The notes beneath the pieces were generated by a model, which worked only from the letters and a program-made list of their open reading frames with translations, searched no databases and was not told the origin of the DNA. Below, piece after piece: positions 6,967 to 17,487 of a stretch of DNA of 64,000 nucleotides. The stretch is taken from positions 5,222 through 69,221 of the forward strand of contig JAJYJK010000009.1 of the NCBI GenBank assembly GCA_021789555.1. The letters are read 5' to 3'. Position 1 is the stretch's first letter; each line of letters opens with the position of its first letter. The position numbers and the translations under genes were made by a program. This DNA comes from Nitrospirota bacterium. GTDB lineage: Bacteria > Nitrospirota > Thermodesulfovibrionia > Thermodesulfovibrionales > JdFR-88.

Positions 6967-8379
6967 CTATATGTCGTAGTAGAGGAAGAACTCGTAAGGA
7001 TGGGGCCTCAGCCTCAGGGCATCCACCTCGTTTGCCCTCTTGTATTCCATCCAGGTCGAAAGCGCGTCCTCGGTGAAGACGCCCCCTTTGAGAAGGAATT
7101 TATGGTCCTTCTCCAGGTTGTCGAGCGCCTTGTCCAGCGAGCCCGGCATCTGGGGAATCTTTGCCAGCTCCGCGGCCGGAAGCTCGTAGATGTCCTTGTC
7201 GAGCGATGCGCCGGGTTCTATCTTGTTTTCCATGCCGTCCAGCCCGGCCATGAGCATCGCGGAAAATGCAAGATAGGGGTTGCAGGAGGGGTCCGGGAAC
7301 CTCACCTCCGCCCTCTTTGCCTTGGGCGACTCGGAATACATGGGGATCCTTACCGCGGCCGACCTGTTTCTTGCCGAGTAGGCCAGGTTCACAGGGGCCT
7401 CGAAGCCGGGCACCAGCCTCTTGTAGGAGTTCGTGGTGGGGTTGGTGAGGGCCGCCAGTGCCTGGGCATGTTTCAGGATGCCGCCTATGTAATACAGGGC
7501 CATCTTGCTCAGCCCAGCGTATTCCTTGCCCGCAAACAGGGGCTTGCCGCCCTTCCAGAGGCTCTGGTGGACGTGCATGCCGGAGCCGTTATCTCCGAAG
7601 AGCGGCTTGGGCATGAAGGTGGCAGTCTTCCCGTTCCTGACCGCCACGTTTTTAATTATGTATTTGAAGAGCATGAGATTGTCGGCCATGTTCAGAAGCG
7701 GAGAGAACCGCATGTCGATCTCGGCCTGCCCGGCGGTTGCGACCTCGTGGTGCTCGGCCTCCACCTGGATGCCGCATTGCTGCATCATGGCGACCATCTC
7801 TGCCCTGAGGTCTTCCTGGCTATCGGTCGGCGGGACCGGGAAATACCCCTCCTTGTGCCTCGGCTTATAGCCAAGGTTGGGGTTCTCGTCCCTGCCGGAA
7901 TTCCAGATGCCTTCCTTCGAATCGAGGAAGTAATATCCGCTGTGCGCGTTCTGATCGAAGCTGATATCGTCGAAGATGAAAAACTCCGCCTCGGGGCCGA
8001 AATAGGCGGTATCGGCAACGCCCGTGGATTTAAGATATTCCTCGGCCTTTTTGGCCACGTACCTGGGGTCCCTGGTATAGGGCTCCTTCGTCACAGGGTC
8101 GATGATGTTGCAGATCATGCTCAGTGTCGTGTATTTCCTGAAGGGGTCCAGTATGGCCGTTGCCGGGTCCGGCACCACCAGCATGTCGGAGGCGTTTATC
8201 GCCTGCCATCCCCTTATCGAGGACCCGTCAAAACCCAGGCCGTCCACAAAGGTCTTCTCGTCGATTTCGCCCACGGGCACCGCAAAATGCTGCCATATGC
8301 CGGGAAAATCGATGAATTTCAGGTCGACCATCGCGACCTTGTTTTTTTTCGCAAACTCCAGTACTTCCTTTGGGGTCAT
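6967..8379 (-). CDS. glnA: Glutamine synthetase type I
   Basis: [32 protein letters not shown]...; [15 protein letters not shown]; [16 protein letters not shown]. Start chosen at ATG 8379 with a GGAGGAAG SD. Confidence 0.95.
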   Translation of the reverse strand: MTPKEVLEFAKKNKVAMVDLKFIDFPGIWQHFAVPVGEIDEKTFVDGLGFDGSSIRGWQAINASDMLVVPDPATAILDPFRKYTTLSMICNIIDPVTKEPYTRDPRYVAKKAEEYLKSTGVADTAYFGPEAEFFIFDDISFDQNAHSGYYFLDSKEGIWNSGRDENPNLGYKPRHKEGYFPVPPTDSQEDLRAEMVAMMQQCGIQVEAEHHEVATAGQAEIDMRFSPLLNMADNLMLFKYIIKNVAVRNGKTATFMPKPLFGDNGSGMHVHQSLWKGGKPLFAGKEYAGLSKMALYYIGGILKHAQALAALTNPTTNSYKRLVPGFEAPVNLAYSARNRSAAVRIPMYSESPKAKRAEVRFPDPSCNPYLAFSAMLMAGLDGMENKIEPGASLDKDIYELPAAELAKIPQMPGSLDKALDNLEKDHKFLLKGGVFTEDALSTWMEYKRANEVDALRLRPHPYEFFLYYDI

Positions 8380-8595
8380 ATCTTCCTCCAGATTGGTTTT
8401 ATATGCCAGGCTTAAAAGTGCCCGTTTTAAATGCGATTGCAATCGGCAATAGGTTGCCGACAAGGTAGTATAGAAAAAGATTTCTCAAGGTGTCAAGCGG
8501 AAAAAAATGCCGAAAAATACAAAAAAAGACACCTGCTGCGGATTCCGGCCCGTGAGGGGAAAGGCCGCCATTCGCCCGGCGGCATTGCCCGTTTT

Positions 8596-9639
8596 TTACT
8601 CGTACCTGACCCGGCCCGCGCCCTTCACAGTCCCGCCCATGATAGAGGACTCATAGCCGGCCCTCTTCAGGACAGAGACCGCCTTTTGCGCGTGGGCGGC
8701 TTCGGTGACGACCACAAACCCTATGCCCATATTAAACGCCTTTTTCATCTCGAAGTCCGGAACTGCGCCCGCCTCGCGGATCATGCCGAAGATTGCAGGG
8801 GCCCTCCACGATCCCTCATCGACAAGGGCGTCTATGCGCCTGGGCAGTATCCGGTTGAGGTTGCCCGGTATGCCGCCGCCCGTTATGTGCGCCATCCCCT
8901 TCACGGCCACCCGGTTTTTCCGCAGGGCCTGAAACGCCTTGACATATATCCTGGTCGGCTCGAGCAGCTCCGCGCCCAGGGACCGCCCGGCCAGGACGCG
9001 CGGCCTCGAGGCAAGCCTATAGCGGCCGGCCTCCAGAAGCGCCTTCCTGGCAAGCGAATAGCCGTTTGAGTGCAGCCCCGAGGAGGCAAGCCCGATCAGG
9101 GCGTCGCCAGGCCGGATGGAAGAGCCGTCTATTATTGCGTCTTTTTCGACCACGCCGACGGCAAAACCCGCCAGGTCGTACTCCCCCTCCCCGTAGAACT
9201 CCGGCATCTCGGCCGTCTCGCCGCCCACGAGGGCGCAGCCGGCCTCCTCGCATCCCCTTGCAATGCCCCCGATAACCCGGGCCGCCTTCCTTGCGGCAAG
9301 CCTCCCCGTTGCGAAATAATCCAGGAAAAAAAGGGGCTCGGCCCCGCAGGTGAGGATGTCGTTTACGCACATCGCCACAAGGTCGATGCCCACCGTGTCG
9401 TGCCTGCCGGTCATGAAGGCTATCTTCAGCTTCGTGCCCACGCCGTCCGTGCCGCTTACGAGGACGGGGCGCCTGTATCTTGCCGCGTCCAGCTCGAAGA
9501 GCGCGCCGAAAAGACCGATCCCCTGCAGGACCCCCTTTCTTTTTGTCCTGCCGGCCAGGGGGGCTATCAGCTCCACAAGCCTCTCGCCTTCCCTTATATC
9601 GACGCCCGCTTTTTTATATGTCAGACCCATGATATTCAA
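8596..9639 (-). CDS. purM: Phosphoribosylformylglycinamidine cyclo-ligase (AIR synthetase)
   Basis: [10 protein letters not shown]..., [28 protein letters not shown]. Confidence 0.95.
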   Translation of the reverse strand: MNIMGLTYKKAGVDIREGERLVELIAPLAGRTKRKGVLQGIGLFGALFELDAARYRRPVLVSGTDGVGTKLKIAFMTGRHDTVGIDLVAMCVNDILTCGAEPLFFLDYFATGRLAARKAARVIGGIARGCEEAGCALVGGETAEMPEFYGEGEYDLAGFAVGVVEKDAIIDGSSIRPGDALIGLASSGLHSNGYSLARKALLEAGRYRLASRPRVLAGRSLGAELLEPTRIYVKAFQALRKNRVAVKGMAHITGGGIPGNLNRILPRRIDALVDEGSWRAPAIFGMIREAGAVPDFEMKKAFNMGIGFVVVTEAAHAQKAVSVLKRAGYESSIMGGTVKGAGRVRYE

Positions 9640-9672
9640 TTAAAGATAAAAAAAGGCTATTCACCCTCTCCT

Positions 9673-9698
9673 AATCCTCTCCCTTAAGGGAGAGGATT
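9673..9698. repeat. Perfect 26-nt palindrome AATCCTCTCCC-TTAA-GGGAGAGGATT in purM/surE divergent spacer
   Basis: 11-bp arms are exact reverse complements with a 4-nt loop. Confidence 0.6.
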
Positions 9699-9740
9699 TC
9701 ACTAAAACCTCTTGGAAATCCATTAATGATACAATTAATC

Positions 9741-10520
9741 ATGAAAAAAATAATACTCGTCACAAACGACGACGGCATACATTCGCCGGGCATCGGGGCC
9801 CTGATGAGGGCGATGGAGGCCATCGGGGACGCCTACATGGTGGCTCCGGACAGGGAACGCTCGGCGGTAAGCCACGCCCTTACGCTCCACAGGCCCCTCA
9901 AGGTGGAAAAACTGGGGGCCAACGTGTGGAGCGTAAACGGCACGCCCACGGACTGTGTCGCCCTGGGGATAGAAAAACTCCTCCCCGGAAAGCCGGACCT
10001 CATAGTATCGGGCATCAACAGGGGGGGCAACCTGGGGGACGACATCACGTATTCCGGGACCGTCTCGGCCGCAATCGAGGGGACGATCTTCGGGATATCG
10101 TCCCTCGCTTTCTCCCTTGTGATCGCAGAGCCTCCCGGCGCAAGACCCGATTACGGCGCGGCCGGGCACATGGCCCTGCGGGTCGCCCGGTTCGCGCTTG
10201 AAAACGGGCTGCCCTATGATACCCTGCTCAATGTGAACATCCCCAACGCCCCCGAAGAGGAAATAAAAGGGGTCAGGTTCACCAGGCAGTCCAAACGGGT
10301 CTATCACGGGGCCATACACGAGACCAAATCCCCCTGGGGCGAGGTGCACTACTGGATCGGGGGCGGCAGGCCCTTCTGGGAGCGCGGAGACGATACGGAT
10401 ATGGACGCCGTAATGGATGGGTATGTGTCGATTACGCCGATACATCTAGATTTCACAAACGCCGGCGCGATAGATTGGCTCAGGAAGAAATGGAACGGGG
10501 ACGGATTTCCAATTGGATGA
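9741..10520 (+). CDS. surE: 5'/3'-nucleotidase SurE
   Basis: MKKIILVTNDDGIHSPGI..., GINRGGNLGDDITYSGTVSAA. Confidence 0.95.
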   Translation: MKKIILVTNDDGIHSPGIGALMRAMEAIGDAYMVAPDRERSAVSHALTLHRPLKVEKLGANVWSVNGTPTDCVALGIEKLLPGKPDLIVSGINRGGNLGDDITYSGTVSAAIEGTIFGISSLAFSLVIAEPPGARPDYGAAGHMALRVARFALENGLPYDTLLNVNIPNAPEEEIKGVRFTRQSKRVYHGAIHETKSPWGEVHYWIGGGRPFWERGDDTDMDAVMDGYVSITPIHLDFTNAGAIDWLRKKWNGDGFPIG

Positions 10521-11166
10521 CTTCCTGGAGCCGCGCCGCAGGATGGTCGAATCCCAGCTCGTAGCGCGGGGCATAACAGATGAAAGGGTGCTTGCGGCCA
10601 TGGGAAAAGTCCCGAGGCACCGCTTCACGGCCCCGGGGTACAGCGACATGGCCTACAGCGATATGGCCCTGCCCTCATCGGAGGAACAGACGGTCTCGCA
10701 GCCCTACATGGTGGCGATAATGACCGAACTGCTGGCGCTCAAAGGGGACGAGAGGGTCCTCGAGGTAGGCACGGGCTCGGGTTACCAGACCGCGGTCCTC
10801 GCCGAACTGGCCGGGGAGGTCTATACAATCGAATACCGTCCGAATTTGGCCGCCGAGGCGAAGCGGAGACTTGAGGGGCTTGGCTACGGCAACATCAGGT
10901 TCATGACCGGGGACGGCTCCAGGGGATGGCCGGAGCAAGCCCCATACCATGGCATCCTGGTGACCGCCGGCGCCCCCGACGTCCCGCCTCCGCTTGTGGA
11001 ACAGCTCGATGAGGGCGGCGTCATAGTCATCCCCGTGGGGCAGAGGCAATCCCAGAGACTGCTTAAAATAGGAAAGCGGGGCGGGCGGCTCATCCGGGAG
11101 TATCATATCTTCTGTGTCTTCGTCCCCCTTTTGGGAGATTACGGCTGGCCGGACGCGCAAAAGTGA
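10513..11166 (+). CDS. pcm: Protein-L-isoaspartate O-methyltransferase
   Basis: RHRF...QTVSQPYMVA...VLEVGTGSGYQTAVLA. Overlaps the surE stop, matching the classic surE-pcm pair. Confidence 0.9.
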   Translation: MDDFLEPRRRMVESQLVARGITDERVLAAMGKVPRHRFTAPGYSDMAYSDMALPSSEEQTVSQPYMVAIMTELLALKGDERVLEVGTGSGYQTAVLAELAGEVYTIEYRPNLAAEAKRRLEGLGYGNIRFMTGDGSRGWPEQAPYHGILVTAGAPDVPPPLVEQLDEGGVIVIPVGQRQSQRLLKIGKRGGRLIREYHIFCVFVPLLGDYGWPDAQK

Positions 11167-11294
11167 AAGGCCCTGCCCCCCGTTTGACAACCCCCGTTTT
11201 TTCATATAGCATTGCCTTGAGAGAAGGTGTATCGAAAAAAGCGGCTTTGTTTTTATTTACGTGATGTTTGCTCATCACGGCAGGGAGGCGCCAG

Positions 11295-11483
11295 ATGACA
11301 ACTATCGTAGTCGACGAGGAGGAGAAAGGGATTCTCAGGCACGCGCTGGAGATATACCTTTCAGACTTAAGGGAAGAGATTTACAAGACCGAAAGCCACG
11401 AGACGAAGCCCCCGCTTAAGAGGGAGGAGATAGTAATCAAGGAGCTATTGAAAAAGATCGAAGCCGTCAAGGCAGGTGTGTAA
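11295..11483 (+). CDS. Hypothetical small acidic protein (62 aa)
   Basis: ATG at 11295 preceded by GGGAGG. Helical-looking sequence with no recognised family. Confidence 0.35.
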   Translation: MTTIVVDEEEKGILRHALEIYLSDLREEIYKTESHETKPPLKREEIVIKELLKKIEAVKAGV

Positions 11484-11493
11484 AAGCCGGGCT

Positions 11494-12276
11494 TCAGGGA
11501 TTTGAAAGCTGCATCCTCGAGACGGAAGACGCCCTTCCGTCTTTTTCATTGATCTCCATGAGGAGGGCGGACATGAGAGCCCTGCCCGCGGGGATTTCAA
11601 ACCTCGTGGGCATCTGCGTGAGGAATTTTTCCACTATCTGCTCCTTTTTTACGCCGATGACCGATTCGGCGGGCCCCGTCATCCCGACGTCCGTGATATA
11701 TGCGGTGCCTCCGGGCAGTATCTTCTCATCGGCGGTCTGGACATGGGTATGCGTGCCTATGACCGCGCTGACCTTGCCGTCCAGGAAATACCCCAGGGCG
11801 GTCTTCTCGGAGGTCGCCTCGGCATGGAAATCCACGATTATATTGTTCGTGCGCTGCCTGATGCGTTTTGTCTCGTCAAGGGCGGTGCGGAAAGGGCAGT
11901 CTATGGCCGGCATGAATACGCGTCCCTGAAGATTCATGACGGCCAGGGCCCCCGCCCCGGGCACCTCCGCCACGACGCTTCCAAAACCCGGGACGCCGGG
12001 CGGAAAATTCATCGGCCTTAAAAGCCTGTCTTCTTTCGTGAGATAGGGGATCACCTCTTTTTTGTCCCAGATGTGGTTGCCGCTCGTGATGATGTTTATG
12101 CCGGTGGCGAAGAGCTCTGAGGCGGCGGACTCCGTTATGCCGAAACCGCCGGCGGCGTTCTCGCCGTTGGCGATGACGAAATCGACTTTATATCTCTCGA
12201 TTATCCTGGGCAGCAGGACCTTCACCGCGACCCGGCCCGGCCTGCCCACGATGTCTCCGATGAAAAGGACTTTCAC
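11494..12276 (-). CDS. ymdB: YmdB-like metallophosphoesterase (2',3'-cyclic-nucleotide phosphodiesterase family)
   Basis: MKVLFIGDIVGRPGR..., ANGENAAGGFGIT, DFHAEATSEK, GTHTHVQTAD. Immediately downstream of rny, as in many genomes. Confidence 0.85.
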   Translation of the reverse strand: MKVLFIGDIVGRPGRVAVKVLLPRIIERYKVDFVIANGENAAGGFGITESAASELFATGINIITSGNHIWDKKEVIPYLTKEDRLLRPMNFPPGVPGFGSVVAEVPGAGALAVMNLQGRVFMPAIDCPFRTALDETKRIRQRTNNIIVDFHAEATSEKTALGYFLDGKVSAVIGTHTHVQTADEKILPGGTAYITDVGMTGPAESVIGVKKEQIVEKFLTQMPTRFEIPAGRALMSALLMEINEKDGRASSVSRMQLSNP

Positions 12277-12294
12277 GGTCTCGCCGGGCCGAAA

Positions 12295-13842
12295 CTATTT
12301 GGCGTAGTCAACGAACCGGTTTTCCCGTATAACGGTCACTTTTATCTGGCCGGGATAAGTCATCTCGGCCTCTATCCGTTTGGCGAGGTCCTTCGAGAGC
12401 ATCCAGGACGCCTCGTCCGTCACCTCTTCGGGCTTCACAATTATGCGGACCTCGCGGCCGGCCTGGATGGCATAGCACTTTTCCACGCCCTTGTAAGACA
12501 TGGCCAGGTCTTCGAGCTTCGCCAGTCTCTTCAGGTAATTCTCGATGCTCTCGCTCCTGACCCCGGGCCTTGCAGCCGAGATGGCGTCCGCGGCGGCAAC
12601 GAGCGCCGCCTCCACGGTCTTCACCTCGCCATCGTGATGGGTGAGGATCGCGTCCACTACCGCCTGGGGCTCACCGTATTTCCTGGCCAGGTTTGCGCCT
12701 ATTTCAGGGTGCGGGCCCTCGACCTCATGGTCTACGGCCTTGCCCAGGTCGTGCAGCAGTCCCGCTCTCTTGGCGAGTTTCACGTCGACGCCCAGCTCGG
12801 AGGCCATGATGCCCGCGAAGTACGCCACCTCCCTGGAGTGCTGGAGCACGTTCTGACCGTACGATGTCCTGTACCTGAGCCTTCCTATGAGTTTTATCAC
12901 CTCCGGGTTCATGCCGGAGAGCCCAAGCTCGAAGACCGCCTTTTCCCCCTCCTCCCGGATGGTGTTTTCCACTTCCTTTCTGGCCCGCTCGACTATCTCC
13001 TCTATCCTCGCTGGATGGATGCGGCCGTCGGCGATGAGCCTCTCCAGGGCCAGCCTGGCGACCTCCCTCCTGACGGGGTTGAACGTGGAGAGGGTTATGA
13101 GCTCCGGCGTGTCATCGACAATCAGGTCGACCCCGGTTGCCGCCTCTAGGGCGCGGATGTTCCTGCCCTCGCGTCCGATTATCCTGCCCTTCATGTCGTC
13201 GCTGGGCAGGCTGACCGCCGAGACGGTCGCATCGGCCACGTATTCGCCGGAGTACCGCTGGACGGCAAGACCGATTATCTCCTTGGCCTTCTTCTCGGCG
13301 CCCTCGCGCGCCTCTTCCTCTATCTGCTTTGCGAGCTTCGCGGACTCAAAGCGCGCCTCTTCCTCCACCCTTCTTAAAAGCTCGGCCCTCGCCTCCTCGG
13401 CGCTGAGCCCCGCCAGCCGCTCCAAAAAGCCCTTCTGCTGGCCTATCACCTCATCAAGCTGTTTTTCCTTGCCCTGAAGCCCCCGCTCCCTGGAGGAGAA
13501 GTCCTTCTCCTTGCGGGAAAACTCACGCTCCCTGTGCTCCAGATGGTCCAGCTTTTTTTCGAGGGTCTCTTCCCTGCCCCTCAGCCTCTTCTCCTGGTGC
13601 AGCAGCTCCCCCTTTTTTTCCTTGAACTCCTTCTCCGCTTCGGTGCGCGCCTGATAAAGTATGCCCTTGGCCTCGTACGAGGCGTCCTTTTTTATCCTTT
13701 CAGCAGTGCTTTTGGCTTCAGCGGCGATGGCTTCGGCTTCACGCCTCAGATTCTCCCATTTGTTCCTGAGCGTGAATCTGTAAACAAGACCGATCGCAAC
13801 GCCCACAGCCGCAGAGATAACGATGTAGAGCGCCTGGTTCAT
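12295..13842 (-). CDS. rny: Ribonuclease Y
   Basis: N-terminal TM segment plus coiled coil, a KH motif ([15 protein letters not shown]) and an HD domain ([13 protein letters not shown]...LLHDLGK). Confidence 0.95.
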   Translation of the reverse strand: MNQALYIVISAAVGVAIGLVYRFTLRNKWENLRREAEAIAAEAKSTAERIKKDASYEAKGILYQARTEAEKEFKEKKGELLHQEKRLRGREETLEKKLDHLEHREREFSRKEKDFSSRERGLQGKEKQLDEVIGQQKGFLERLAGLSAEEARAELLRRVEEEARFESAKLAKQIEEEAREGAEKKAKEIIGLAVQRYSGEYVADATVSAVSLPSDDMKGRIIGREGRNIRALEAATGVDLIVDDTPELITLSTFNPVRREVARLALERLIADGRIHPARIEEIVERARKEVENTIREEGEKAVFELGLSGMNPEVIKLIGRLRYRTSYGQNVLQHSREVAYFAGIMASELGVDVKLAKRAGLLHDLGKAVDHEVEGPHPEIGANLARKYGEPQAVVDAILTHHDGEVKTVEAALVAAADAISAARPGVRSESIENYLKRLAKLEDLAMSYKGVEKCYAIQAGREVRIIVKPEEVTDEASWMLSKDLAKRIEAEMTYPGQIKVTVIRENRFVDYAK

Positions 13843-14031
13843 CTGAACTCCCTCCTCTCCTTTATATATATAAGGAGCCGGACGAAGTCTATGGGACGGT
13901 TTTCTGCTTCTTCAGCTCAGGCCCGAAGGCCCGGGGATATATCCGAAGGGGATCTATATTTTGCCTTAAAATTCAAATTGTTTCTACCGTTCCCCTTTAT
14001 GCTGAAGGTGGTCTCACCAGAGCCATAGAAT

Positions 14032-14212
14032 AAAACCCACCCTGCCGTGCAAGCGAAAGCGTTAGATCCACTTTTCCCAAGTGGGCGCCCCAAGGAGGAC
14101 ATTAGGCTTTCTTCAACGAGGAAGACATGCACACCGTACCCCCTTATCCAGCTCCCTAAAGATCTAACTTGGTGGATTAACATCATCCCTTGTCACGAGC
14201 AGGGCAGGCTCT
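14032..14212 (-). ncRNA. Candidate ~181-nt structured sRNA (6S-like architecture)
   Basis: The 5' end AGAGCCUGCCCUGC pairs over 14 bp with the 3' end GCAGGGUGGGUUUU; the 4 G-U wobbles are valid only on the minus strand. There is a second helix GUUAGAUC/GAUCUAAC and a large asymmetric internal loop. An extended -10 (TGcTATAAA, 14245..14237) and a TTGCTA -35 lie upstream. No credible ORF. Confidence 0.35.
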
Positions 14213-14334
14213 AATTTTGTCCAACCCCTATATCCTTTTATAGCAGAAAATAAGGTTTTTTAGCAATCAAAAATGTATCGGTGTCCCGGTTGGCGGCATT
14301 GTTTTTAATTGCTTGTTTATGTTAATTTTTCTAA

Positions 14335-14904
14335 ATGGTCAAAAATGATCGCTGGATAAAGGAAATGGCGCTCAAGGGCATGATAGAGCCCTTCGCGGAC
14401 AGGATGCTCGTGAAGACCGGGATTTCCTTCGGTCTCGGCTCCTACGGCTACGACATGAGGCTGTCGGAGGATTTCAAGCTCTTGAAAACTGTAAGCGACG
14501 GGTCCGGCGGGGGGCATCCGCTCATCCTGGACCCTAAAAATTGCGGCCCTGCCGATTTTGAGTCCGTAAAAAGTGAAAGCTGCGTCATCCCCGCCGGTTC
14601 TTTCGTCCTTGGCCGTTCGCTCGAATATTTCAGGCTGCCCAGGGACATAATCGTCTTAAGCACAGGGAAATCCACTTATGCCAGGTGCGGGGTAATAGTG
14701 AACGTCACCCCGCTTGAGCCCGAGTGGCAGGGACACGTGACCATCTGCATCGCCAACACCGGGCCTTTGCCGGTGAAAATCTACGCGAGAGAGGGGATAT
14801 CCCAGCTCGTCTTTCTTGGCGCCGGGGAGGTCTGCCAGGTCTCCTACGCGGACAAGGCTGGAAAGTACCAGGCCCAAAAAGAGATCACTCACTCAAGGAC
14901 ATAG
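14335..14904 (+). CDS. dcd: dCTP deaminase
   Basis: DRWIKEMA...GMIEPF..., GSYGYDMRL, and the overall Dcd length and pattern. Confidence 0.9.
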   Translation: MVKNDRWIKEMALKGMIEPFADRMLVKTGISFGLGSYGYDMRLSEDFKLLKTVSDGSGGGHPLILDPKNCGPADFESVKSESCVIPAGSFVLGRSLEYFRLPRDIIVLSTGKSTYARCGVIVNVTPLEPEWQGHVTICIANTGPLPVKIYAREGISQLVFLGAGEVCQVSYADKAGKYQAQKEITHSRT

Positions 14905-14934
14905 GATGCCCGCTAACGGCAGGTCCATCATTGC

Positions 14935-16536
14935 TTGCCCGGGTGTCAGGTGGCGCACCGGCCGGTCGGCATGATCAGGGAAAGGGTTTCGCTCACCAAA
15001 GCAGAGTTCCTGGAGGAGCTCAAAAGGGACGCGGGGGCGGTGCCCCCTCTTTATTTACAAATCCCCTATGCCAGCCCTCATGAACTCTATCCCGCGTTTT
15101 CCGGACGGGGCAGCATCCTTTTTGAAAGCGTAAAAGGCCCGGAGACCATAGCGAGGCATTCCTTCATAACCTTCGAACCCTACGCCTGCCTGCTGGTAAA
15201 AGACGGGCTTATGGAGATTGAATGGGGCGGAAAACGCGCCATATCCTCGAAAAAAGACCCGCTCCGGAGGTTTTCGGAGATCGTGGGCGCCTACAGGCAA
15301 AAACCCGCGCCCGGGCTGCCGCCGTTTCAGGGAGGGGCGGCCGGGCTCTTCTGCTACGATTTCGCCAGATACCTTGAGGCATTCCCGGATGAAAGTTTTT
15401 GCCCCCCCGATGAGCTAGGCCTGCCGGAGGCCTGTTTTTTCATGGCCGACCGCATGCTTGCCTTCGACCATGTGCAAAGAGAGGCGTGGGGTGTGGTCTG
15501 CCCGGGGGCCAGACGTCCCGCCTTTGCCTTCGGTTACGCGGACCAGGCGGGCCAGTCCGCGGACTGGCCCGCGGAGTACGATGAGGCCCTGGAGGCTCTG
15601 GAGCGCATCTTCGAACGGGCGACCGGGGCGAGGCCGGAGGGCGCCGCCGGCCCCCTCATCGGAGGCGAAATAGACATCGAGCACGAGATGACTGAAAGGC
15701 AGTACACAGAGATGGTCGGCAGGGCAAAGGAATATATCGCGGCTGGCGATATATTCCAGGCGAACCTTTCGCTGCGGGTGCGAGCGCGGATCGGGCAGGC
15801 GGACCCATGGGGCGTATACTGCCTGCTGAGGGGCATAAACCCCTCCCCCTTCGCCGCCTTCATGGATTTCGGGGATTTTCACATTGCCGGCTCCTCTCCG
15901 GAAAGGCTGGTAAAGCTGGAAGGCGGCGTGGTCGAGACCAGGCCGATAGCCGGCACAAGGCCGCGGGGCAAAGACGCGCAGGAGGACCTCGCCCTCCGGG
16001 CCGAGCTGCTCCTTAACGAGAAGGAGAAGGCCGAGCACATAATGCTCATCGACCTTGAAAGAAACGACATTGGCAGAGTGGCCAGATACGGCAGCGTCGA
16101 GGTGAACGAGTTCATGACGACGGAGGATTATTCGCACGTCATGCACATCGTCTCCAACGTCAGGGGGAGGCTTGCCGACGGCAAGGGGATGTTCGATTGC
16201 CTGAGGGCCACCTTCCCGGGCGGCACGATAACGGGCGTGCCCAAGGTGCGGTGCATGGAGATAATAAACGAGCTTGAGCCGGCGAGGCGGGGGCCCTACA
16301 CGGGCTCTGCCGGATATTTCGGTTTCTCCGGCGCAATGGACATGAATATAATAATAAGGACGTTTCTTATCAAGGAGGGCACGGCGTATGTCCAGGCGGG
16401 GGCGGGCATAGTGGCCGACTCCGTCGCCGGCAGGGAATACAGGGAGAGCCTGAAGAAAGCGGAGGCCCTGCTGCTGGCGCTCAAACTGGCCGGCCAGAAG
16501 AGAAACGGGCGGAAAACGGGCCGCGCTCGCCAATGA
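14935..16536 (+). CDS. Chorismate-utilising enzyme, anthranilate/aminodeoxychorismate synthase component I family
   Basis: SPERLV, RPIAGTRPRG, EKAEHIMLIDLERND, GTITGVPK, RGPYTGSAGY. Start uncertain (14935 or 14971). No amidotransferase partner adjacent. Confidence 0.8.
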   Translation: MPGCQVAHRPVGMIRERVSLTKAEFLEELKRDAGAVPPLYLQIPYASPHELYPAFSGRGSILFESVKGPETIARHSFITFEPYACLLVKDGLMEIEWGGKRAISSKKDPLRRFSEIVGAYRQKPAPGLPPFQGGAAGLFCYDFARYLEAFPDESFCPPDELGLPEACFFMADRMLAFDHVQREAWGVVCPGARRPAFAFGYADQAGQSADWPAEYDEALEALERIFERATGARPEGAAGPLIGGEIDIEHEMTERQYTEMVGRAKEYIAAGDIFQANLSLRVRARIGQADPWGVYCLLRGINPSPFAAFMDFGDFHIAGSSPERLVKLEGGVVETRPIAGTRPRGKDAQEDLALRAELLLNEKEKAEHIMLIDLERNDIGRVARYGSVEVNEFMTTEDYSHVMHIVSNVRGRLADGKGMFDCLRATFPGGTITGVPKVRCMEIINELEPARRGPYTGSAGYFGFSGAMDMNIIIRTFLIKEGTAYVQAGAGIVADSVAGREYRESLKKAEALLLALKLAGQKRNGRKTGRARQ

Positions 16537-16563
16537 ACGGGTCATTTTGGATATAATAAACCG

Positions 16564-17487
16564 ATGAAAAGGGCCTTTCTTGCAGGTCTGCTGCTGGTAT
16601 TGCTGTTTTCGTTGCCGCCCGGCGCGGCCTGGGCCGGCAGCACGGTCGGGGTGATACTGACGCGGGGGACCCCCTCATACGAAATCTCTTATGACGCCCT
16701 TGTAAAATATGTTTCCGGCAGGAAAGATGTGAAATTCATCCTCCAGAGGCCCTACCCGGACCCCGTATCCTGGAGCAACTCGGCAAGGAAACTGATGGCC
16801 GTGGACGTAAGCGCGATAGTCACCTACGGCGCATCGGCGACCTTCGCGGCGCTGAAGGAAAACCCCGGAGTGCCGGTGATATTCGTCGGCCTCACAAAGA
16901 CGACGGCCGCAAGGGTAAAGGGGAAAAACGTGGCCGGGGTATACAGTTCGCTCCCCCTTGCCAGCCTCCTTAGATATCTCAAGGAGATACAGGCGACCAG
17001 GGTCCTCGGGGTCCTCTACGACAGCAGGGAAGCGGACTCGGCCCATGAGACGGCGGAAATCACCAAGGTCTCGAAAGAGTATGGGATAAGCCCGGTAAAG
17101 TTAAACCTCGTCAAGGCCGGCGGGGTCGCCGCCCTGCTTGCAAACGCCAGGATAGACGCCCTTTACGTGACCGAGTGCGCGACGGCCGGCACCGCTTACC
17201 AGTCGATCCTTGGCGCCATGTGGGACAGGAAGATCCCCGTTGCCTCGCTTATAGACGACAGCCGGAAGCCGGCGCAGGCCCTGATAACGCTCGCGCCCGA
17301 CCCCGTGGAGCAGGGGCAGCTGGCGGGGCAGCTTCTGCTTGAAGCCCTTGAGAGGTCCTCGGCGAGCGGCCTCGGGAGAGTTGAAAGCGGGCGTTTCTCG
17401 CTCATCTACAACTACAGGCAGTCCGTGGTGATGGGCCTCAGGATCTCTCTTGGCCTGGTCACCGAGGCGACCCGGGTGATTTACTGA
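16564..17487 (+). CDS. Periplasmic ABC-type substrate-binding-like protein (PF04392-like)
   Basis: Signal peptide. Pattern IVTYGASATFAALKENPGVPVIFVGLT...NVAGVYSSLP...RVLGVLYDSREADS resembles the ABC_sub_bind family. Confidence 0.55.
   Translation: MKRAFLAGLLLVLLFSLPPGAAWAGSTVGVILTRGTPSYEISYDALVKYVSGRKDVKFILQRPYPDPVSWSNSARKLMAVDVSAIVTYGASATFAALKENPGVPVIFVGLTKTTAARVKGKNVAGVYSSLPLASLLRYLKEIQATRVLGVLYDSREADSAHETAEITKVSKEYGISPVKLNLVKAGGVAALLANARIDALYVTECATAGTAYQSILGAMWDRKIPVASLIDDSRKPAQALITLAPDPVEQGQLAGQLLLEALERSSASGLGRVESGRFSLIYNYRQSVVMGLRISLGLVTEATRVIY

Noticed and set aside
7000-8415. 471-aa ORF antisense to glnA
   Set aside because: glnA on the opposite strand is unambiguous. The antisense translation is Arg/Gly/Leu-rich with no motifs, the usual artefact of GC3-rich codon usage.
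13534-14186. ORFs 13534..14028 (+) and 13917..14186 (-) in the rny-dcd gap
   Set aside because: No SD, odd composition, and overlap with the rny 5' end or the structured RNA candidate. The region is better explained as non-coding.
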